From the NCBI GenBank assembly GCA_965240325.2, contig OZ251226.1, forward strand, positions 2,604,001-2,668,000: DNA of 64,000 bases, written 5' to 3'. Below the pieces are notes generated by a model. It had not been told where the DNA came from. It was given only the letters and a program-made list of their open reading frames with translations, and did no database searches. Positions 1 through 9,489 of this stretch are shown one piece after another. This DNA comes from Rebecca billardiae RCC1528 (taxonomy: Eukaryota > Protista > Haptophyta). Position 1 is the first letter of the stretch. Every line of letters starts with the position of its first letter. The position numbers were made by a program, and so were the translations under genes.

Positions 1-2
1 AC

Positions 3-569
3 CCGACCGAGCAGGGCTCGCTCCCGGGCCGGCTGCCGTCGGCCTCGCAGCCGGCGTACGCGCCGCGCCGCGTGTCCGTGTCTGTCAACTCGCACCGCAT
101 CCTGAAGGAGCGCTCGATGTTCGAGCGCCACGTGGTGTACGTGGTGGTCGTCGCGCTCGGCGACGAGCGCTGGGAGGTCGCGCGCCGCTTCTCCGACTTC
201 CGCCGGCTGCACGACGAGCTGACGCGCTCGTTCCCGCTCTCGATGCGCGCGGCGGCCGCCCAGATCCCGCACAAGGAGGTGCTGCCGACGCTGCGCGACA
301 AGGAGCTCGAGGCGAGCCGGCGCATGCCGCACCTGCAGCAGTACGTGCAGTGGCTCATGCTCAACGACGACACGCGCCGCTCGCCGCCGCTCATGCAGTT
401 CCTCGAGGTGCAGCAGCGCGGCCACTCGGAGACGTGGCTGCAGAGCGTCGGCTCGGTCGGCGGCCAGAACGCGGCGATGCTCTCGTGGTCCGGCTCCGGG
501 GCGGGCGCGTCCAACAGCGAGTCGCCCCGCCCTGTGAGCAACGCGCGAGCGCCGGCCTTGCTGACGTGA
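3..569 (+). CDS. PX (phox homology) domain protein, 3' part; 5' end lies outside the window
   Basis: Frame is open from the window start. PX hallmarks: HVVYVVVV, WEVARRFSDFRRLHDEL, Pro-rich IPHK, RRMPHLQQYVQWL...LMQFLE. Stop TGA 567-569. Confidence 0.85.
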   Translation, partial: PTEQGSLPGRLPSASQPAYAPRRVSVSVNSHRILKERSMFERHVVYVVVVALGDERWEVARRFSDFRRLHDELTRSFPLSMRAAAAQIPHKEVLPTLRDKELEASRRMPHLQQYVQWLMLNDDTRRSPPLMQFLEVQQRGHSETWLQSVGSVGGQNAAMLSWSGSGAGASNSESPRPVSNARAPALLT

Positions 570-900
570 CCGTGTCGTGCGTGTGTCGACATGTCGAGCG
601 TCGCACGCTTTCGCGGTCTAGCTCGCGAGGACGCCGCGCCGCACCGGGCCCGAGCCCCCGACTCCAGCCGTTTGCCTCCCGCTTGGCGGGTTGCCAGTGC
701 GGGTGCGCTGCGCGGAAGGAGTTTGCAGCGGAAATCAGAAATACGCGAAATTCGGCCGGCTGGGGTTTTCATTTCACGTGACGAATATGTTTTCGCGCCT
801 GCGCGAGGAGTCCGGGAGCTGCCCGTCCGGAGACTTCGGCCGAAAGTCCACGCACCTGGCGAGCGAGGCTGCCCCTCATCAGCAAGCCGGCCACGCGCTC

Positions 901-1644
901 ATGGAGCTCGCGCAGAAGCTCGCAGCGCTGCTGTGCGTGGCGGTTGGGCTGCTGGTGCCCGGCGCGCACAGCTATGCGCCGGTCGTGCGGCCTGCAGCTG
1001 CGCGCGTGCCGGTCGCGCGGGGGGCGGGGGTGACGATGGCGACGGTCAGCACAAACGCAAAGAACCTGGGAGATAAGCAGGCGATCGTGGACGAGGTGAA
1101 GGGAAGGCTCGAGGGTAGCTCGCTCATCTTCACCTTCCGCGCTGACGGCATCGAGGTGAACCAGCTGCGCACTCTCCGCGACGCCATGCCCGAGGGCTGC
1201 TCGGTGAAGCTGGTGAAGAACCGGCTGCTGAAGCGCGCGATCGAGGGGGACCCAAAGTGGGACAACCTTGACGAGCTCTTGCACTACTCGAACTACTGGG
1301 CATTTGTGACTGAGGACCAGATGAAGCCGGCGATCGATGCCGTGCAGAAGTTCCTCAAGGACACGGGTCGCCTCGACAAGGACCACCCGCTCGGCAAGGA
1401 GAAGGGCGTGCGCGGCGGCATCTTTGAGGGCGAGCCGCTCGATGTCGATGGCATCGTGAAGGTGTCGAAGCTCCCGACCAAGATCGAGCTGATCCAGAAG
1501 ATCGCGATCGGCATCAACATGGTCCCGACCCGCCTCGCGCGCTCCATCGACCAGGCGGCCGACGCCACGCCGATCGCGCGCGGCATCAAGCAGGTGCCGA
1601 CCAAGGTGGGCCGTGCCGTCAAGCTCGCCAAGGCGGAGGAGTAG
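901..1644 (+). CDS. rpl10: Plastid 50S ribosomal protein L10, nucleus-encoded with bipartite presequence
   Basis: Bacterial-type L10 motifs KQAIVDEV, LRTLR, KLVKNRLLKRA, GGIFEG, VSKLPTKIELIQKIA. N-terminal hydrophobic signal peptide ends AHS-YAP (ASAFAP-like), followed by an Arg/Ala/Val-rich transit peptide. Confidence 0.92.
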   Translation: MELAQKLAALLCVAVGLLVPGAHSYAPVVRPAAARVPVARGAGVTMATVSTNAKNLGDKQAIVDEVKGRLEGSSLIFTFRADGIEVNQLRTLRDAMPEGCSVKLVKNRLLKRAIEGDPKWDNLDELLHYSNYWAFVTEDQMKPAIDAVQKFLKDTGRLDKDHPLGKEKGVRGGIFEGEPLDVDGIVKVSKLPTKIELIQKIAIGINMVPTRLARSIDQAADATPIARGIKQVPTKVGRAVKLAKAEE

Positions 1645-2676
1645 ACGGCCGCCGCAGCCGCAGCCGCGCGCAGGTCCAGGGTGGCTGGCGCCGAATGTCG
1701 GAGGCTTCTTCGAAGCACCTGCCTGCCATATGGGGCGGAGACATGCGTCGGCGCCAAGATGACGCCGCTGTGGCTGCCCGTCTATCTGAGTTCTGACGAC
1801 CGGTCTGCCAGGGTAAGGGGCTGCACAGGCTGCGGTCTGGCCAGCCGATGCCAGATGGGCGTATGGCGACTGCCGGTGCATGGTGGCGGTGGCCCCGCCG
1901 GCGGTGACCGTGGCGCCTGCAGCTGTCTGCGGCGCGGCCCGGACTGCCCAGTGCGGGGTGTCCACGATCGCCGCACAGTTATTATGGCATGATGTTAGGT
2001 CTGTCGCACGCAGTCTAGACTTCGTAATGACCGCGACAGACGGAATCTCGGACCGCACTGAATCAGTATTTTAAAAAAAAATAAACTGGTAACTATTAGT
2101 ACGTAGTATTATGCGTATATGTTACATGATTATAATCCCGGATATCCGACTTATCATTGCGCCCGGGTCCGCGGCGCGCCGGACGGCCGCGAGCCGCCGG
2201 AGCACAGACTGAGGCTGAGACACTATAGCTATACTACTTTTTTCACTTTGTGAGCGAAGCCCGAGCTGGCTTTCCATTGGACGGATTGGTTGGTGGCTTC
2301 GCTACTTGACTCATCGACTCTCGAGGCCAAAACACTAGTCACTACAGCTTCACATCCCGCTTAAAATGCAAGTTTGGACAATAGGGCGAGGTACATTCTG
2401 ATCCATCAATGAAATGGCCTCAGCTAATCTCGTGACGAAACATTAAACAATACTGACGTACGTGAGTACGCCCGATCTCCGGGAGATATGGCCAATTCCG
2501 CCCACTGCGGGGCCATTCAAGGTGTCCCGGAGCGCCGCCGGAGCACAGACACTGCTACTCACTAGGAGCGATCGCTTTCACGCAGCAACGGCCAATTCCG
2601 CCGACCGCGGTGGCAGCAACGGGCAAGCGTCAGGCTCCGAGTGCAGCAGACCTATCTATCTATCTATCGTATCTGA

Positions 2677-2711
<35 letters not shown>

Positions 2712-2725
2712 CTCTGAGTCTCTCT

Positions 2726-2809
<84 letters not shown>
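2677..2809. repeat. (CT)n microsatellite, imperfect
   Basis: Seen directly in the sequence. Confidence 0.95.
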
Positions 2810-2814
<5 letters not shown>

Positions 2815-3567
2815 ATTATTTCAGTTTATTTAAAATATATAATACCGTGACTAAGTTATGTACTATTGAATTTGAATCGATGGTCAATTTTAATACTCGC
2901 GGATGAGTGTCGATGAATTATCATATATATGTGTAGTAGCTAGTTGTCATAGCTATAGCTGACAATAGAGGCGTCGGTCAACCGGCGGACCCGTCCGACC
3001 GCGCCGCGACCCGGTGCATCGGACGATGACCGCTCGGCGACCGTCGGCTCGATCGACGCGGGCGACAGGCCAGTCACAGTGGCAGTGAATTATATAGTGA
3101 GTGAGTCTCCGTGTCCGGCCAGATTGCGTCGGCTGCCGTGCCGGCGTACACGTGCGCTAGCTGTCTAGTGACCCGGTGTCGGCAACTAACCGTCAGCAGT
3201 ATTGACGTACAGTCGGTCCGGGCGCGGCAAGTTAGATACGTAAACCAGTTAAGCTAGTTAACCGGCTTATTTAATTAACTACTACTGCTACTCATCATCG
3301 CCACTCGGTCACCGCCGGACTCGGCGCGCGCCGACCGGCGGAGTGAGTTCCCGGTCTGACCGTAGACTGGCGCTGGCATCATATATGCATCAATGCCAAT
3401 ATGGTGTCAGCAAAACGGCGCCGCTGCTGACACTGCCACGCATCAGTCTACTGAGATCAGAGACAGAGTCTGCGGATGTCATAACGATCAACGCTGCGGT
3501 TCAACCGCAGACATTAGACCGAACGCAGCGGCGGGCAGCAGCAGAAGGCTTGAAGCCTGGGAAATCA

Positions 3568-4710
3568 TCATGACTCCGCCGTGCCAGCAGCCGCGGCACC
3601 CTCATCGATGTCATCATCGCCGGTGTCAACTGGGTCGACAGCTTTGCTGTTCAAGTCGATGAGCTTGTTCGATTCCGCAGCGAGCGCGGTGATCGAGACG
3701 CGCCCGCGCTTGGTGATAAACTTTGCGACCGCGTCCATCTCCTCTGTCGACACATAGATGAACTTGCCTCTGTCGTCCACGACGCCAGTGATGTACCTGC
3801 GCGCGTGTGGCGCGCCGCGAGAAGCACCCGCGCGGCCGAGCGGCTCAGCTCGCGGACGTGCCACTCGGCGCGCATCGCGCGCGCGCGCGCGCGCGCGCGC
3901 GCACCCCATCTGCTCCAGCCCCTGCACGCGGCTGATCACGTCCTGCACGCGCAGCTCAAACGCAGCCGCCAGGTCCTCCAGCACGACCACCTTGTGGTCC
4001 TTGATGTACGAGACGAAGTTGGCGAGGAGACCCTGGTCCTCCTCGCCCACCTCGGCATCGCCCGTGCCCTCGTCGTCCACCGTGATCAGGTCCTTCCACT
4101 TCTCGAACTCCTCCTGCGCCTTCTTCTCCTCCTCCGCCTTCTTGAGGGCGGCCGCCTCCTCCTTGGCCTTCCACTTGGCCTCGCGCTCCTCCTCCTGCGC
4201 GCGGCGCGGCCGGCGCGCGGCGGCGAAGGTCAGCGGGCGTACGGATCGCGCAGATCCACACGCAGGGCGACGCTCGCATACCCTCTGCTTGCGCGAATCG
4301 AGCTTGGCCTCCTCGCGCTCGCGCATCGCTTCGCGCATCTCATCGCGCTCGCGCGCCGCCTGCGCCTTCTCCGCGCGCTTGTCCACTTTCTTGAGCTCGT
4401 CCTTGGTGAGACCCTCGCGATCATCGTCATCGTCCTCATCGCCAGCCCCCGGCCCATCGCCGTCCCCAACGTCGCCACCATCGTCGTCTCGTCTGTCCTT
4501 GGCCTGCCGCATGCGGTCCATTGCGCGCTTCCCCTTCTTCTTGCCGCCCTCCTTGTCAGCCTTGTCCTTCCTCACCTTCGGCTGTGGCTTGTGCTCGTCC
4601 GCATCGGGAGGAGGCGCCTTCGACATCCGGAAGAGGAAGAACAGAGGGATCACGAGGGCCAGCAGCAGCACGCCGCCGGCCACCAAGGCCTGCATCTCGC
4701 TGGACGCCAT
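3568..4710 (-). CDS. DDRGK1: DDRGK domain-containing protein 1 (UFBP1, ufmylation adaptor), 3 exons
   Basis: N-terminal TM anchor, charged coiled coil, EEFEKWK, FVSYIKDHKVVVLEDLAAAF and GVVDDRGKFIYVS motifs. GT-AG introns at 4195-4281 (87 nt) and 3797-3904 (108 nt), both in frame and stop-free. Confidence 0.95.
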   Translation of the reverse strand: MASSEMQALVAGGVLLLALVIPLFFLFRMSKAPPPDADEHKPQPKVRKDKADKEGGKKKGKRAMDRMRQAKDRRDDDGGDVGDGDGPGAGDEDDDDDREGLTKDELKKVDKRAEKAQAARERDEMREAMREREEAKLDSRKQRVCERRPACGSARSVRPLTFAAARRPRRAQEEEREAKWKAKEEAAALKKAEEEKKAQEEFEKWKDLITVDDEGTGDAEVGEEDQGLLANFVSYIKDHKVVVLEDLAAAFELRVQDVISRVQGLEQMGCARARARARDARRVARPRAEPLGRAGASRGAPHARRYITGVVDDRGKFIYVSTEEMDAVAKFITKRGRVSITALAAESNKLIDLNSKAVDPVDTGDDDIDEGAAAAGTAES

Positions 4711-5230
4711 CGTGGCTACTTGCCTACTTCATTCCCGGTAGCTCGCAGGCGCGGAATATGCGGCACGAGGCAAGAAGAATTCCCACTCCGGCTCCACCGA
4801 GCGGGAGCCACCAGGGAGGCTCCCCACGGCCAGGACCGCTCCAGGACTGGGTGCTACAATCATCAGTTACTTCCCCGTGAGATGATAGAGCATGCTTTGA
4901 CCACTATTCGCGGCTGGTGTGCGAGCACGCTTTTCCTATTGCCCATACGAGACTGGGGCGATCTCCGACAGTGGCGAGATCACACGCCCCGCGCTTCGTC
5001 ATCCGGCCTCCACGGCTTGTGGTCGGCTGCGCGGAGGCACGCGAAACGTAGCAGCGACTCGTTACATCGCTGACACCCCCGGTGCGGCAGCGCCGCCTCG
5101 CGCGCCCGTGTGGGCGCGCCCCGGGGCGAAACCAGCCGCCTCGAGGCCAGCCTGCGCGCATGCCACTGCCCCTTCTCTCACACAGCGCCCCCCGTGCGCA
5201 GGCCGTCCGCACCGCAGGAGTTCGCCGAGC

Positions 5231-8200
5231 ATGCCGCGCACGGACATCATCCCGGGCGTCGAGATCCCAGAGGTGCTCGTCGGCAACCTCTACCCGAAAG
5301 ACGCGCCCGCAGACAAGAAGCTGATGAAGCAGGTGGCGCAGGAGAGCATCGTCTACGTGCTCGAGACGCGCGGCGGCGAGGGCAAGGACGCGTACGGCCA
5401 CGCGGAGGATGCGGTCGCGACTGCGAACAAGATCATTGACGCACAGATCAACTCGGTCCCGATCTTCTACAGCTGGAACAACGACGCCGAGCTCAGGAAG
5501 CTCGTGTTTGCGCCGAATGTGGTGGGTGTGGTCAAGAAGACGGGCGAGCTGCCCGCCTTCTCGCAGACCCAGCTGGACAAGCTGCTCATGGAGCTCGTGA
5601 CCTCGGGCAAGAAGGTCGGCGACGACATCTACAGCGCCGGCGTGCAGAAGCGCTTCAACACGCTGCTGGAGTCGCCGACCACCTCCGAGTACAAGCTCGC
5701 GGTGATCGAGTTCGTCGTGCCCGGCGCGAAGAACGGCGGCTCGGACAAGGGGCCCGACGGCCACCGCGTCGACTCCATCCCGATCGCGAACGGCATCGTC
5801 AAGGCCGGCGCGGCGTGCGAGCTCATCCGCTACGAGTTCGACAAGCACGACGATTTCGTCACCAAGGTCCAGGCGTACGACGCGGTGCTCGTGCGCATCA
5901 ACCCGGGCCAGCTGTCGCAGGGCACGTCCGAGGGCACGCAGGAGCGCTTCGACAAGGCGATGAACGACCTGCTCGCCGCGGGCAAGCTCGTGTGGTCCTC
6001 GCCGGGCGTGCAGACGTGCATGGGCGCCAAGGACGCGCTCGTCAAGATCGCCAACATGTCGTGCGGCCTGGTGGACACGTTCGCGTACTACGAGGCGTCC
6101 GAGCTGGAGGCGGGCTTCAAGAAGACGATGGCGTTCCAGCCGCGCGTGATCAAGCAGAACCGCGGCTCGGCCGGCGAGGGCATCTGGCTGTGCTGGCTCG
6201 AGGGCAAGGACTACTGCAAGAACTTTGGCGACGCGTCGCTGGAGGACGACGACAAGATCAAGCTGATGGAGATGAACGACAACCACGTCGAGCATCACAC
6301 CGTCAAGGAGTTCATCCAGTTCTGCGTTGGCGGTCCGGAGGCGGAGGGCGCCGGTGCGTGCGCGCCAGCGCGTGCCGAGCGTGCACACGCACCGCGCGTG
6401 CGTGCTCTCGCCGCGCTCACCTGGCCCGCCCCCCGCGCGCGCGTGCACGCTCGGCGCAGGCGAGTGGAAGTCGACGTTCCCGGGCAAGTACCTCGAGGGT
6501 GGCAAGGAGGCGGGCGGCCAGCTGGTGGACCAGCGGTTCCTGCCGCGCATCGAGGAGGGCGAGGTGCGCATGCTGATGGTCGGCCCGGTGCTGCAGATGA
6601 TGATCCACAAGAAGCCGGAGGGCGGCGGCCTCTCGGCCGTGGGCGGCAACTCGGCGTACACCTACTACAAGCCGGGCGACCCGCACTACGCCGGCCTGGA
6701 GAAGAAGTTCGTGCAGGAGGACATCCCGCAGCTGATGAAGGCGCTCGAGATCGAGAACGACCCGCTGCCCATCTTGTGGACGGGCGACTTCATCCCGATG
6801 GACGGCGCCGAGCCCGGCACCACCGAGTACGTCGTCGGCGAGTTCAACTGCTCGTGCGTCGGCATCTCCAAGTTCCAGGCGGTGTGCGGCGGCGAGAAGA
6901 CGCTCGCCGACGTGTCGGACGCCGACTACTACGACGCGTCGAAGCTGACCGACCTGATGGGCACGACCGCCATCAAGATGCTCCGCGCGAAGAAGTACCC
7001 GCGCAACAACACGCTGCTGCCGTCGCCGACCGACACCAAGTACAAGCTCGCGGTGATCGAGTTCGTCGTGCCCGGCGCGAAGAACGGCGGCTCGGACAAG
7101 GGGCCCGACGGCCACCGCGTCGACTCCATCCCGATCGCGAACGGCATCATCAAGGCCGGCGCGGCGTGCGAGCTCATCCGCTACGAGCACGACAAGCACG
7201 ACGATTTCGTCACCAAGGTCCAGGCGTACGACGCGGTGCTCGTGCGCATCAACCCGGGCCAGCTGTCGCAGGGCACGTCCGAGGGCACGCAGGAGCGCTT
7301 CGACAAGGCGATGAACGACCTGCTCGCCGCGGGCAAGCTCGTGTGGTCCTCGCCGGGCGTGCAGACGTGCATGGGCGCCAAGGACGCGCTCGTCAAGATC
7401 GCCAACATGTCGTGCGGCCTGGTGGACACGTTCGCGTACTACGAGGCGTCGGAGCTGGAGGCGGGCTTCAAGAAGACGATGGCGTTCCAGCCGCGCGTGA
7501 TCAAGCAGAACCGCGGCTCGGCCGGCGAGGGCATCTGGCTGTGCTGGCTCGAGGGCAAGGACTACTGCAAGAACTTTGGCGACGCGTCGCTGGAGGACGA
7601 CGACAAGATCAAGCTGATGGAGATGAACGACAACCACGTCGAGTACCACACGGTCAAGGAGTTCATCCAGTTCTGCGTTGGCGGTCCGGAGGCGGAGGGC
7701 GCCGGTGCGTGCGCGCCAGCGCGTGCCGAGCGTGCACACGCACCGCGCGTGCGTGCTCTCGCCGCGCTCACCTGGCCCGCCCCCCGCGCGCGCGTGCACG
7801 CTCGGCGCAGGCGAGTGGAAGTCGACGTTCCCGGGCAAGTACCTCGAGGGCGGCAAGGAGGCGGGCGGCCAGCTGGTGGACCAGCGGTTCCTGCCGCGCA
7901 TCGAGGAGGGCGAGGTGCGCATGCTGATGGTCGGCCCGGTGCTGCAGATGATGATCCACAAGAAGCCGGAGGGCGGCGGCCTCTCGGCCGTGGGCGGCAA
8001 CTCGGCGTACACCTACTACAAGCCGGGCGACCCGCACTACGCCAACCTGGAGAAGAAGTTTGTGCAGGAGGACATCCCGCAGCTGATGAAGGCGCTCGAG
8101 ATCGAGAACGACCCGCTGCCCATCTTGTGGACGGGCGACTTCATCCCGATGGACGGCGCCGAGCCCGGCACCACCGAGTACGTCGTCGGCGAGTTCAACT

Positions 8201-8358
8201 GCTCGTGCGTCGGCATCTCCAAGTTCCAGGCGGTGTGCGGCGGCGAGAAGACGCTCGCCGACGTGCCTGACGATGACTACTACGACGCGTCGGAGCTGAC
8301 CGACCTGATGGGCACGACCGCCATCAAGATGCTGGACGAGAAGAAGGCCGCAGCGTAG
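5231..8358 (+). CDS. Cj0069-family (ATP-grasp-like) protein with two near-identical full domains and a degenerate N-terminal partial domain, 3 exons
   Basis: Motifs GGSDKGPDGHR, RINPG, MGAKDALVK, DTFAYY, RVIKQNRGSAGEGIW, VDQRFLPRIEEGEVR, LWTGDF and GEFNCSCVGIS each occur twice. Introns at 6354-6459 and 7705-7810 (106 nt each). Confidence 0.8.
5657..8333 (+). repeat. Intragenic tandem duplication, period 1351 bp, including the intron
   Basis: tacaagctcgcggtg at 5690 and 7041. Introns at 6354 and 7705 appear identical; only scattered exon substitutions. Confidence 0.95.
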
Positions 8359-9489
8359 GCGCTCGCCTCAGCCACCCGTGCACTCACATCCTCCCCATCG
8401 CTGTCCTTTGGTGATCTCACCTGTGTCCTCGTGGATCTCGTGCTGCTGCTCTGCTCCGGAAGCCGGCGGCGCGAGCTGATCTGACTGTATTGCCGGAGCG
8501 CTCAGCACGCGGCGCGGGAGCCTCTCGGGCGTCAAGACGGAGCACGGCCGACCAACGTGATGCTCCCGGTCGAGCGGGCGTATGCGCAGCAGCAGTGCGC
8601 ATTCAACCTCCTGCTGCTGGCTTGTTGCCGGTGCCCTGAGTGTGGAGGGCCTACGACAGCTCGTTCCGCTGTCAGCCTGGCAGCGGCCGGGCAGGAAGCC
8701 ACCGGATGATGCGCCACGCCGCCGCACTTGCGGCGCGGCGGTGTGGCGGTATCGCCGGCGAGGATTTCTGAGCCGGCACCATCACGCTCTTTCAGACGGC
8801 TGAGGCCCACTGGCGCTGTCAATTAAGGGCCGTCTCTCGCCTGTGCTCATGAGACTGCTGATGCACGCTGCGATTAGCCGCCTCGCAGTGCAACTAAAAC
8901 TTCCCGACTACCGTACGAGTTTACACTACGGGCCGAGCTGCGTTTGAGACAGCCCTCGGGCTCGGGCTCGGCCCAAGGGGAGTCGTGCGGCTTCACAGTT
9001 CACGCCCGCAAGCCCGCTGAAGGGGAGCCGCTGAAGCCGGGCTGACGATTTACCGTATGGATGACGCGCCCGCGACTGTACGTGCTGCCCTCCGGCGGCG
9101 CCGTCGCCGACGATGCGGGTCACATGCTCACCAGCCGCCATTTCTACACTGACCCGTTTCCTAAAAATAATGAGGATACCCCCATAGGTCGTTGGAGAAG
9201 TGACGCGAACCAACAACCGGATATCATAAGACGAAAGTCGTCCACCGGCCGCCAGTCTGATCACCCGGCGGCGGAGCCCGTTATAAAGGGGATTTTTATA
9301 CGTTGCGCCCAAAAAGGCAGGCGAGATCAGTACAGTTTACTAATAAGAATAAGAGACGCACACAGCTCAGGCAGGCGAGATAGCTCCTCGAGATGTACAG
9401 CCGCACGGTTGGTGCCCCCTTGGGAGAGGGGCAACTCGCCAGGTGGCGCGAGAGGCGTGCGTCGCTGGCGTGGTGTCCGCCCGCCGCCA

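Noticed and set aside
9343-9366. Nextera/Tn5 adapter contamination (ataagagac)
   Set aside because: Only 9 nt match the mosaic end; the motif is part of a longer genomic repeat.
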